Below, piece after piece: positions 34,461 to 42,282 of a stretch of 44,586 bases of DNA. The position numbers were made by a program, and so were the translations under genes. Source of the stretch: a virus; IMG/VR virus record IMGVR_UViG_3300045689_000016; one strand, given 5' to 3'. The notes under the pieces are model-generated. The model was given only the letters and a program-made list of their open reading frames with translations, did no database searches and had not been told where the DNA came from. Every line of letters begins with the position of its first letter. Positions within the stretch are counted from its first letter, which is position 1.

Positions 34461-35594
34461 ATGGCAGAACCAATTAAACAGAAAAGCGGTAAGTATAGAT
34501 ACCGAATTAGAATTAAACACCCTATTACAAATGTTTGGATAGAGCGTTCAACAACTCAAAAATCAAAAAAAGCATGTATTGAATGGGAACGGGAAATCAG
34601 ATCAGATATTTTATGTGGTATGAATCCTGATAGTGTTAAAATAATCCCCTTCTTTGATTTATGGTTTGAGACTTACAAAAGAAGTACAGTTGGACCAGAC
34701 CATAAAAATAAGATTAATAGCACCAGAAATACGATTCTTGAATTTTTCGGTGAGGATCAGCTGATAAACAACTTAACTAAAATTAAGTATCAGCAATGGA
34801 TAAACTATTTAGGGTTTGATAAGAGACAAGCGAAATCAACAGTTTTAGATAAACACAAGATTTTTAAATCTGTCATTATCGAAGCAGTTGAAACAGGATA
34901 TTTAAGATACAATCCCACACGCAATGTCACTATTGTAGGTAGAGATACCACTGGAGAAGTAAAAAAGGCTCTCACGCTATCTGAATGGAAAAAACTACTA
35001 AATGTATTGCTTGCAACTGAAGAAGATTCAGCAAGCAAAATGATATGTTTAACGATGATGTACACAGGGATGAGATTTCAAGAAGCTACTGGTCTCCTCT
35101 ACTCTGATGTTAATTTTAAACAAGATTCTATTAGTATAACTAAAGCTTTTGACTATAAAAGAGAAAAAGAATCAACGAGGACAAAAACCCCTGGTTCAGT
35201 CAGAGTAATTGATATGCCTATTGGTTTGAGAGATATTTTGAAAGAATATATGTTTTCAAACAAAAATAGTAAAATTATCACACTAGATAAATCTAAGAGT
35301 AATGATTTTTTATTTACAAATGAGCTGGGAGTTCCAATCACAAATGCTGCTTGCAATAAATTTTTAACCAAGAAATGTAAAGAAGCAGAAATAGATAGAA
35401 TTACGACTCATGCTTTCAGAAGGTCTAAAACTGACTTACTAGTATTAGCTGGTAATGACATGATTTATACTCAAAAACAATTAGGACATGTTGACGCTTC
35501 TACTACTTTAAAATATTATAGTCAATTGAATGAAGATATTAGAGATAAGAACAAAAAAATACAAGAAGAATTTTTAAAAGAGAATCAAATATGA
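34461..35594 (+). CDS. int: Tyrosine recombinase / phage integrase
   Basis: 377 aa. The C-terminal catalytic region has MRFQEA..., HAFRRS..., LGHVDASTTLKYY (R, H-x-x-R and Y motifs). Confidence 0.9.
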   Translation: MAEPIKQKSGKYRYRIRIKHPITNVWIERSTTQKSKKACIEWEREIRSDILCGMNPDSVKIIPFFDLWFETYKRSTVGPDHKNKINSTRNTILEFFGEDQLINNLTKIKYQQWINYLGFDKRQAKSTVLDKHKIFKSVIIEAVETGYLRYNPTRNVTIVGRDTTGEVKKALTLSEWKKLLNVLLATEEDSASKMICLTMMYTGMRFQEATGLLYSDVNFKQDSISITKAFDYKREKESTRTKTPGSVRVIDMPIGLRDILKEYMFSNKNSKIITLDKSKSNDFLFTNELGVPITNAACNKFLTKKCKEAEIDRITTHAFRRSKTDLLVLAGNDMIYTQKQLGHVDASTTLKYYSQLNEDIRDKNKKIQEEFLKENQI

Positions 35595-35908
35595 TTTGTG
35601 GTAGTTTGTGGTAAAAACACAAAAAACCCTTAAGAATACTTTAATACCAATCTTGGCGGACGGTAGTTAAATACTCTTAGGGCGTGTTTTCACAACTGAT
35701 TGTAACATACAACGATAAACATAAAAAGCAAACAAACGTTGTTATAACGGTTTGTAATGTACTTTTAAAAACTTTTATTTTGTGGTAAAAATTGGCATGA
35801 TACACCCGGATTACTCACTTTTTGTGGTAGTTTTGTGGCAGAAAAATGCGGTCAAAACACTTGGTAAATATAGATAAATTCGATCTATCACAATTTTCAT
35901 TTGTGGTA
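35595..35908 (+). repeat. attP region containing six direct TTTGTGG(T/C)A repeats; candidate integrase arm-type sites
   Basis: Copies are at 35595, 35605, 35779, 35821, 35832 and 35900, all in the same orientation. The region is non-coding and lies immediately downstream of int. Confidence 0.6.
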
Positions 35909-35934
35909 GTTTTTTATTTTACATCCTGTTCGTC

Positions 35935-35964
35935 TTGATAAATACAAACAAACGTTCGTATAAT
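35935..35964 (+). promoter_or_regulatory. Near-consensus promoter TTGATA-18-TATAAT for 35994..36272
   Basis: The -35 is at 35935..35940 and the -10 at 35959..35964. The RBS GAGGTGA follows. Confidence 0.55.
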
Positions 35965-35993
35965 GTCACTAACAAATATACGAGGTGATTTAT

Positions 35994-36272
35994 ATGATAA
36001 ACAATCCAACTGGAATAGTAGACAAGATAAAACTGGTTACTTCTTTTCCTGATATGTTAGTTAGATTTTCTTTGATTGTTGGTGATGAAACTATCAATTG
36101 TATTTGTGGTGATACTTCTATATGTAACTCGCTACTGTTTTTAGAAGACGGTAAAACTAAAGTTGCTTTGTTTGGAATCTACAATAGTAAAAAGCAACTA
36201 GTCGTTAAGAAGATGTTTATCAAGAATCCTACGTCATTTGAGAAAGAGTTTGCTGTGAGGTGTTTAGCCTAG
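35994..36272 (+). CDS. Hypothetical protein (92 aa) next to attP
   Basis: The ATG at 35994 lies 6-7 nt after GAGGTG. The ORF-track start is a GTG at 35985. It has its own promoter and a downstream hairpin. Confidence 0.6.
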   Translation: MINNPTGIVDKIKLVTSFPDMLVRFSLIVGDETINCICGDTSICNSLLFLEDGKTKVALFGIYNSKKQLVVKKMFIKNPTSFEKEFAVRCLA

Positions 36273-36338
36273 AATCAAATAGTTTTTTAGCATCTCTTAC
36301 ATTATTTCATTAATTAGCAAAATTTTTAAATAGAAAAA

Positions 36339-36374
36339 TCGTATTACTAGATAGAACTCTGTCTAGTAATACGA
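36339..36374. terminator. Bidirectional hairpin between convergent genes
   Basis: 13-bp perfect stem TCGTATTACTAGA / TCTAGTAATACGA with a 10-nt loop. It is flanked by A5 on the left and TTT on the right. Confidence 0.65.
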
Positions 36375-36421
36375 TTTAAAATATAAATATTTATTATTTA
36401 AAATTATTATCGTTAATATTT

Positions 36422-36826
36422 TTAAGCATTTTCTTCATTTTGCTCTTTTAACATTTCCGTTAAGTTATAAACATTTGGAAATCCAGAAGCTGCTTCACAT
36501 AATTGAGAAATAATTAAACTTGCCTTACCGAGACCTGGCTTTAAAAACTCATTTCGTTCATTTTTTATCATTTCTTCAAAAGATAATCCTTTTTTGTTTA
36601 ACATTTCAATTTCAGTTATTAACGATAATTGGAATCTAAATTCTTCAACAGGAATGTCTATTTCTATTTTTACTGAAACAATGTTTTTTTCATCATATTC
36701 TGTGGAGTCATCCGCATACCCAGCAACAATACTAGCCTCTGAAATATTATCATCATCCAACAAACTCATCTGTGAGTAGTATATTTTATTACTTTTCAAG
36801 TCAAACATTGGTTCTAATTCAGACAT
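36422..36826 (-). CDS. Third gene of the cassette: acidic 134-aa protein, tentatively a SecB-like chaperone
   Basis: RBS AAAGAGGTG; 13-nt overlap with the upstream gene. The order of sequence elements and the acidic tail resemble SecB, but this comparison was made by eye from memory. Confidence 0.35.
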   Translation of the reverse strand: MSELEPMFDLKSNKIYYSQMSLLDDDNISEASIVAGYADDSTEYDEKNIVSVKIEIDIPVEEFRFQLSLITEIEMLNKKGLSFEEMIKNERNEFLKPGLGKASLIISQLCEAASGFPNVYNLTEMLKEQNEENA

Positions 36827-37344
36827 ATTTGCACCTCTTTTTTTGTTTTAAAATTTCTATTTTTAAATCTTTTATTAAATACTTCAGGAAGTGCTTTTAT
36901 ATCATCAGTTATACTAAAAACCATTTGTCTTTCATTTTTTGTTAAAAATATTGAAATTTTTACATCTTTATTTTCTTTCTCCACTTCACTAAATGTAAAT
37001 GACGCAACATTTCCTTTTAAATTTTGTGTTTCTAAAAAAGGTCTTCTGTGCTTGTATAAATCAAATTTAAAAATACTAGTATCAGTGTCTATTTTTCTTA
37101 TGATATTCTTCATGTTAGCAATAATATCGTAATACTGATCTATATTTTTATTCATTTCTCCAAATTCAAAATCTAAATATTCATTTACACTAAGATTAAG
37201 ATATCTAGATATCTCCTCAACACTTAAATCATTTATAAGGCGTAATTCTAAAATATCCGTAGACAATTCATTTTGTTTAGAAAATTGTTGTTCATATAAA
37301 TCGGGTTGATATTCCTTTAGTAGATTTTCAAAATTTGTATTCAT
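36814..37344 (-). CDS. Second gene of the cassette: XRE-type HTH protein with a long C-terminal extension (candidate antitoxin)
   Basis: The HTH is DLSVEEISRYLNLSVNEYLDFEFGE. The ATG at 37344 lies 9 nt after GGAG; alternative starts are at 37353 and 37359. It overlaps the upstream gene. Confidence 0.55.
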   Translation of the reverse strand: MNTNFENLLKEYQPDLYEQQFSKQNELSTDILELRLINDLSVEEISRYLNLSVNEYLDFEFGEMNKNIDQYYDIIANMKNIIRKIDTDTSIFKFDLYKHRRPFLETQNLKGNVASFTFSEVEKENKDVKISIFLTKNERQMVFSITDDIKALPEVFNKRFKNRNFKTKKEVQICLN

Positions 37345-37840
37345 TGTTGTCATCTCCAATCCACTTCAATCGTTCATTATAAGAAGAATGCACGATGCTA
37401 TATATACTATCTGTTTTTATTGCTGTGTTATCTGTTTGATCAGAATTATTATTATTATTTATTTTGGTAAAGCCAAATGTAAAGACAATACTATCTATAT
37501 CTACTTTATAGATAAAAAATAACAATCTTTTATGTTCATATTGACCATCAATTCTAACTTCGTAACTAAATTTATGATGATTTAGTTTCTTAATAATTTC
37601 TGCTCTTTGAAGTTCACCTAAAGAATTTTTTAAACTTAATTCTATAGGAAATTTTGCAGAAGTTCCATCTTTAAATATCAAATTACCATTTTTTGTAGAA
37701 TATCGCAAATTCAATTGCTTTAAAATTTGCATAAAATTTTTTATAAAAATCTCATCGTTATTTTTCAAATGAAATAAGACATAGTCTTTAGCAATTTCAA
37801 AATCTGAACAATCATTATAAATAATTGAATTAAATTCCAT
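37328..37840 (-). CDS. First gene of the cassette: 170-aa protein whose C-terminal half resembles Gp49 / HigB / RelE-type toxins (tentative)
   Basis: YEVRIDGQYEHKRLLFFIYKVDIDSIVFTFGFTK follows the ElRi..yRilyf..ivllhgFxKK pattern. The toxin-first order matches higBA. Confidence 0.4.
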   Translation of the reverse strand: MEFNSIIYNDCSDFEIAKDYVLFHLKNNDEIFIKNFMQILKQLNLRYSTKNGNLIFKDGTSAKFPIELSLKNSLGELQRAEIIKKLNHHKFSYEVRIDGQYEHKRLLFFIYKVDIDSIVFTFGFTKINNNNNSDQTDNTAIKTDSIYSIVHSSYNERLKWIGDDNNEYKF

Positions 37841-37854
37841 CTTTCCTCACCTTT

Positions 37855-37883
37855 ATTATATGCTAATAGCTATAATAGTACAA
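37855..37883 (-). promoter_or_regulatory. Promoter of the three-gene cassette (TTGTAC-17-TATAAT) with an overlapping imperfect inverted repeat
   Basis: The -10 is the reverse complement of ATTATA at 37855..37860. The -35 is the reverse complement of GTACAA at 37878..37883. The repeat TTATTATATGCTA / TAGCTATAATAG spans the spacer. Confidence 0.55.
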
Positions 37884-37942
37884 TAAGAAACGTTTTATGT
37901 CACTAGTTTCTTTATATTTTTTTGATAAGGATAAATAAAGCA

Positions 37943-37970
37943 ACCCCCAACTGATTCTTCAGTCGGGGGT
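37943..37970 (-). terminator. Intrinsic terminator ending the lysis operon
   Basis: The minus-strand RNA forms ACCCCCGACUGA-AGAA-UCAGUUGGGGGU, then UGCUUUAUUUAU. The single non-Watson-Crick pair is G-U on the minus strand and A-C on the plus strand. Confidence 0.75.
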
Positions 37971-38015
37971 TATTTGTTCCTTCATTTAAAACAGGGTTAC
38001 TATTAATATACAATA

Positions 38016-38723
38016 TTATTGAGGTTTAACATAACTTTTATTTAAAGTTACGTATGTATCACCTAGACCTGCGATTAAAGCATGTGTTGCACCATTAGGC
38101 ATCTTAACGATTTCTCTAACTGCAATTTTAGAACCTTTTTTAAAGAACCAAGTTGTGTCTTCTTTCGAAAAATCTCGATTGTAAGTTTTTAGATCCTGTA
38201 ATGCAACAAAATAATTACCAGATTGATAGTGATTATCTTCTGCTGGTTTAGTGCCCTTATCTTCTTGAATAATTTTGATTGGATCTAACCATGTACCGTC
38301 ATTTTTAAAAGCACTTTGTTGTGCAGCTAACCATTCTTTTTTGGTAATCCCTAAATGCATATGATTAGTCGCTCTATTTCCTATGGCTTGTCCCATTTTT
38401 ACATTTTGACCAACAGAAACCTTAATATCTGATGTACTAGTTCCAAATTCTTGATAAACTATATAATAACCATCAGTACCTCTAGTTACAATAACAGTAC
38501 CTAGTGCTTCATATCCTCTTGGAGCCCATCCAGCATAAATTACAGTTCCATCGTGTATAGCCAAAATCCTTTTATCTGGATATTTAGCTGAACCAAAATC
38601 AAATCCATCATGGAAGTAATCGCCGTATCCTGTTCTATCAAATTTTGTAAATCCAAATTGTTGTCCTTCTTCATAATAACCTAAGTAAGCTTTTACGTTA
38701 GGCCATCCCCAATATTTACCCAT
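38016..38723 (-). CDS. M23-family peptidoglycan endopeptidase with a C-terminal wall-binding domain shared with 38741..39424
   Basis: Contains HxxxD (HDGFD) and HxH (NHMHLG). No signal peptide. The C-terminal roughly 70 aa are paralogous to the C-terminus of the neighbouring lysozyme. Confidence 0.8.
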   Translation of the reverse strand: MGKYWGWPNVKAYLGYYEEGQQFGFTKFDRTGYGDYFHDGFDFGSAKYPDKRILAIHDGTVIYAGWAPRGYEALGTVIVTRGTDGYYIVYQEFGTSTSDIKVSVGQNVKMGQAIGNRATNHMHLGITKKEWLAAQQSAFKNDGTWLDPIKIIQEDKGTKPAEDNHYQSGNYFVALQDLKTYNRDFSKEDTTWFFKKGSKIAVREIVKMPNGATHALIAGLGDTYVTLNKSYVKPQ

Positions 38724-38740
38724 AATTACACTCTCCTTTT

Positions 38741-39424
38741 TTATTGTGGTTTAACATAATCTTTGTGCATTGTAACGTAAGTATCTAATAAGCCGCCTAA
38801 TTGTGCGTGACAAGCTCCTGTAGAAGCAAAAACTCGTTCTCTAACTGCGAATTTACTTCCTGCTTTAATGAACCAAGTATTATCATTTTTATCAAAACTC
38901 TTATTTCTAGGTTGTAAATCTTGTAACGCTACAAAATAACTTCCTGATTGGTAATAACTTGCATTAGGTGTTGGTCCTGTACTTGCTTTCATAAATAATG
39001 CCGCCTCCTCGTTTCTTCTATTTACTAAACCTGGTAAAGTAACTCCTCCAGCTTTATTATAAAGTTTCATTTCATCAGCAGCTTTTTGCCATTGTCTAGA
39101 ATTAATGTAAGTAAGTAGTGTTGTACCACTCAAAATATACGCTCCAAGATTAAATTGGAAACTAGCAAGTGCATCAAACTGATTTTGATTAAGCTGAGTA
39201 GTTACATAATTGTATGATCCATAAACATGCGATTTGATATCTTCTTTTAGAAACTGATCAGCTTGAGCTTGAGTAATTTTCATACCGGCATAAACGCCCT
39301 TAGTATGACCATAACCAATAGTCCAAACTCCAACAGAATCTTGGTAAGCTGTTAATCTAACACCCTCCCATTTTTTAATTAGGTTAATACCATTCTGCGA
39401 AATTGTTAAATTCTCATTTGCCAT
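38741..39424 (-). CDS. GH24 (T4-lysozyme-like) muramidase with the same C-terminal wall-binding domain
   Basis: IKKWEGVRLTAYQDSVGVWTIGYGHT is the GH24 catalytic signature. No signal peptide. The C-terminus YYQSGSYFVALQDLQPRNKSF...YVTMHKDYVKPQ parallels that of the M23 protein. Confidence 0.85.
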   Translation of the reverse strand: MANENLTISQNGINLIKKWEGVRLTAYQDSVGVWTIGYGHTKGVYAGMKITQAQADQFLKEDIKSHVYGSYNYVTTQLNQNQFDALASFQFNLGAYILSGTTLLTYINSRQWQKAADEMKLYNKAGGVTLPGLVNRRNEEAALFMKASTGPTPNASYYQSGSYFVALQDLQPRNKSFDKNDNTWFIKAGSKFAVRERVFASTGACHAQLGGLLDTYVTMHKDYVKPQ

Positions 39425-39511
39425 ATTATTTCTCCTTTATTAAAATATTTAAGATTATCGATATCTTTATCTTTATACTACTGTTAATCACAGTTCCAGT
39501 TAGCTCAAACT

Positions 39512-39889
39512 TCAGTTCCAGCCTAACCTCATCGCTATTTCTCGTAAAAGTTCATTGTCTCTTCTTTTTATCGTTGATTCACTCAAAGCTACTTCACAGG
39601 AAACTAGATTATTTTCTTTAGTAGGGTAACCATACAAATATTTTGATGTAAAAATATCTTTAACTTCACTTGTTGAATCCTCTAACACACTATCCACCAC
39701 ATCTAAAAATATTTTATTAAAAATCATTTGATTCATTGTTAAAGCATAGTTATTTTCTTCTGATAAAGGATACTCAGTAAAATTAATTCTATTATTCAGA
39801 ACTATCTCTGATATTTGCTTCAATGATTTACTTATTTCTTTATAGTTCCAAAGCAATGCTCTGATGTGATTTCTTGTAGTTTTATTCAT
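39512..39889 (-). CDS. RinA / ArpU-class phage transcriptional regulator, located inside the lysis region
   Basis: 125 aa. The N-terminus is IRALLWNYKEISKSL and the C-terminus is LSESTIKRRDNELLREIAMRLGW, which is the RinA-family layout. Confidence 0.55.
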   Translation of the reverse strand: MNKTTRNHIRALLWNYKEISKSLKQISEIVLNNRINFTEYPLSEENNYALTMNQMIFNKIFLDVVDSVLEDSTSEVKDIFTSKYLYGYPTKENNLVSCEVALSESTIKRRDNELLREIAMRLGWN

Positions 39890-39922
39890 CTATAACGCCC
39901 TTTCAAAAAAATATTCTAGTCA

Positions 39923-40930
39923 CTAACCTTTTTCTACTTTTCCATCTTTTAACATTCTTATTTGGATTGCTTCAATTTGTTTACCTTCAGTACCAGCTAC
40001 TCCGCCTTCTTCTTTCCAAGCTCCCCAACCTACATCAGCTGAATGAACTCTGTATTGAATGCGACGACCAGTTTTCAGCAAATTACCATTACTCGCAAAA
40101 CAAATTTGGTCAATCGCTTGAGATTTGCCTGTTGTTCCTGTTATCCCTTTAGGAACATTTACCCATTTACCATTTAGAATTCTGTAACTAGAACGAATTG
40201 AATCTGCTTTCTTATTCCACAATACTTCCACCGCTTCTAATTTTAGTGCTTTACCAGTTGTTCCAGCCGTAGCCTCAGTTCCTACAAATTTTTGCCAACC
40301 GATATTAGATACGTGACCTCGGTACCACAGTCCCATTTTTGCTCCTGCAGGTGTTTGGTTTTCGTTAGTAAATTTTTCACCAGTGATTGACTCAATAAAA
40401 CCTTTAGCTAATTGATCTAGTTCCTTATTGATAATAGTCATATCTCTTGAACTAGTAATAAACCCAATTTCAGTTAAACGATAGTTCAGACCTCTTTGGG
40501 CAGCTACGTTAAGATTTAAAAGATTACTTCGATAACTAATACCGTTAGTTTTAGAAACCCCGCCCCATAATCCAACAGTACGTTTGATTAAATTCGCCAT
40601 ATCCAAATCAATATTATCAGCCTTAAAACTTGAGCTGACTATTACATGTCCACCAGTAGCTGAAGAACCAGCTGCATCTTCATGATACTCACTTATAGTC
40701 GTGTAATAACTTGGACTAATAGAATACATTCCCCATCCATTTGCTGTTTCTTGAAACATATCTCTGTTACCCGTTGTATCAAAAAAGACGAATGAGTCTT
40801 TCGACTTATCCGCCCATTTCTTCATATAAGGATGTAGTTTCTTTCTATTAAAATCTCGCTCATTAGCTCCATTACCAACTGCACCAGGATCGCCTGCTCC
40901 ATGACCATAAATAATTAAGTGATTTGCCAT
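39923..40930 (-). CDS. Endolysin: N-acetylmuramoyl-L-alanine amidase (Amidase_3-like) with two C-terminal ChW-type repeats
   Basis: LIIYGHGAGDPGAVGNGANE and LTEIGFITS are amidase_3-like motifs. The repeats are NIGWQKFVGTEATAGTTGKALKLEAVEV and DVGWGAWKEEGGVAGTEGKQIEAIQI. Confidence 0.8.
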   Translation of the reverse strand: MANHLIIYGHGAGDPGAVGNGANERDFNRKKLHPYMKKWADKSKDSFVFFDTTGNRDMFQETANGWGMYSISPSYYTTISEYHEDAAGSSATGGHVIVSSSFKADNIDLDMANLIKRTVGLWGGVSKTNGISYRSNLLNLNVAAQRGLNYRLTEIGFITSSRDMTIINKELDQLAKGFIESITGEKFTNENQTPAGAKMGLWYRGHVSNIGWQKFVGTEATAGTTGKALKLEAVEVLWNKKADSIRSSYRILNGKWVNVPKGITGTTGKSQAIDQICFASNGNLLKTGRRIQYRVHSADVGWGAWKEEGGVAGTEGKQIEAIQIRMLKDGKVEKG

Positions 40931-40933
40931 AAA

Positions 40934-41269
40934 TTACTCACCACTTTCTTTATCTTCGTGTTGTGTATCTTGATAACCTAACCCTTCATCGATTAGATTA
41001 TTAGCTTTTCTTTCGTTGTTTAATGCTACACCATTTGATTTCAAATCGTAGAATCCACCGGCTGCCATACCAGCTAAACCACCAGCCCATGCGTAAACAA
41101 TTACTTCTGTTGGTAAAAAGCTTAATGCGTATCCTGCACCAATAACTACACCAATAACAATGTTTAAGAATGGTAACCACTTATTATTGACTGGTGTCGT
41201 TTTAATCATTTTAGTTGCTCCAAAAACAATTGCTCCGATAATTGATACTGCTGCTAAAATTTCTTCCAT
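40934..41269 (-). CDS. Holin
   Basis: 111 aa with three hydrophobic segments and a charged C-terminal tail. It lies immediately upstream of the endolysin gene. Confidence 0.65.
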   Translation of the reverse strand: MEEILAAVSIIGAIVFGATKMIKTTPVNNKWLPFLNIVIGVVIGAGYALSFLPTEVIVYAWAGGLAGMAAGGFYDLKSNGVALNNERKANNLIDEGLGYQDTQHEDKESGE

Positions 41270-41270
41270 T

Positions 41271-41639
41271 TTAATTTCCTTCTTTCATTTTTATATTTGG
41301 TAAAGCCTTTACTTTGTTGTAAAGCGTTTCTCCTGTGCCATTACCACCTAAATTTTTATAAGCATTAAATAGATAGTCTAGATCATCTAAATCTGCTATC
41401 GATATAAACCCTTCTTGCAAATGACTAGCACATTGTACATAAATCTTATTGTGTAACATTGCTAAAATTGCTTTTTCTAAATTGCTTAATCTCGTATCAA
41501 CCGAATCTTTATCTTCTTTCATTTTATTTAGCTTCATTTTAAAAAAACCATAAAAACTAAATCCTGTTACTGCAATCAATGCAGCATTGGCTCTTAAAAA
41601 ATGTTCAAGCCAATATGTAGTCTTGTCTATCCACTCCAC
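41271..41639 (-). CDS. Membrane-anchored lysis-cassette protein (possible holin partner)
   Basis: 122 aa with a single N-terminal TM segment (ALIAVTGFSFYGFF). It abuts the holin gene. Confidence 0.45.
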   Translation of the reverse strand: MEWIDKTTYWLEHFLRANAALIAVTGFSFYGFFKMKLNKMKEDKDSVDTRLSNLEKAILAMLHNKIYVQCASHLQEGFISIADLDDLDYLFNAYKNLGGNGTGETLYNKVKALPNIKMKEGN

Positions 41640-41692
41640 TCATCGCTACCACCTTTTCTCAATTTTTAACAAAACAAAAAGCCTAGCATTTG

Positions 41693-41809
41693 CTAGACTT
41701 GAACTTCTAAATCTTTTAAAATTTCAGATACATCGACTTTTAACTTTTCTGGTACTTGATCTAATGTTTTCTTTCCTTTAACAATCAACGTTGCATAAAC
41801 AACAGCCAT
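41693..41809 (-). CDS. Micro-protein (38 aa), paralogue of 41841..41960 (XkdX / CD1375-like class, tentative)
   Basis: The ATG at 41809 is preceded by AAAGGAG. The sequence is MAVVYATLIVKGKKTLDQVPEKLKVDVSEILKDLEVQV. The ORF-track extension to 41914 lacks an RBS. Confidence 0.55.
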   Translation of the reverse strand: MAVVYATLIVKGKKTLDQVPEKLKVDVSEILKDLEVQV

Positions 41810-41840
41810 TTCAACGATCTCCTTTCTAAGTAAAAATAAA

Positions 41841-41960
41841 ACTACTCTATTCTTGAATTTCTGAATCCAAGATAACTTGAACTTCTTCCCTGTAAATTTC
41901 TGGTACGTCTTCAATAGACTTCAACCCTTTTCGAATTAAACTCACATAGACTTGAATCAT
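41841..41960 (-). CDS. Micro-protein (39 aa), paralogue of 41693..41809
   Basis: Hand-translated as MIQVYVSLIRKGLKSIEDVPEIYREEVSSYLGFRNSRIE. RBS is AAGGGGTCGTAAGGGA. Confidence 0.5.
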
Positions 41961-41985
41961 TTCCCTTACGACCCCTTTCTGAGTT

Positions 41986-42279
41986 CTACATCATGTTTTC
42001 CATAAGTTCGAACACTTCTACTAAAGCTACTTGTGTGTTCGTGACGTCTTCTTGTAGCTTCGTATTTTCTTTTCTTAATTCAGTAATAACTCTGTCTTTA
42101 TCTTCTAACCATTTCATCTGAGCAAACTCAAAATAAGGATAACTATATTCCAGTGGAGGTTCTATAGTTACCCAATCTGGAGCTAAAGGCATATTTTCAG
42201 GTATTTCAAATTCGTTATACATTTTCCCTTGCTTATTTGGTTCAGCTAAAGGCACATAAACTTTACGCATTAACAACAC
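41986..42279 (-). CDS. Hypothetical protein downstream of the tail-tip gene
   Basis: 94-97-aa ORF, tightly packed, with a coiled-coil C-terminus. Confidence 0.6.
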   Translation of the reverse strand: MLLMRKVYVPLAEPNKQGKMYNEFEIPENMPLAPDWVTIEPPLEYSYPYFEFAQMKWLEDKDRVITELRKENTKLQEDVTNTQVALVEVFELMENMM

Positions 42280-42282
42280 TCC

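Noticed and set aside
35595-35908. A CRISPR-like array suggested by the repeated TTTGTGGTA motif
   Set aside because: The repeats are only 9 bp long and irregularly spaced (10, 11 and 40-170 bp). They sit next to an integrase and no cas genes are present. This is consistent with attP arm sites instead.
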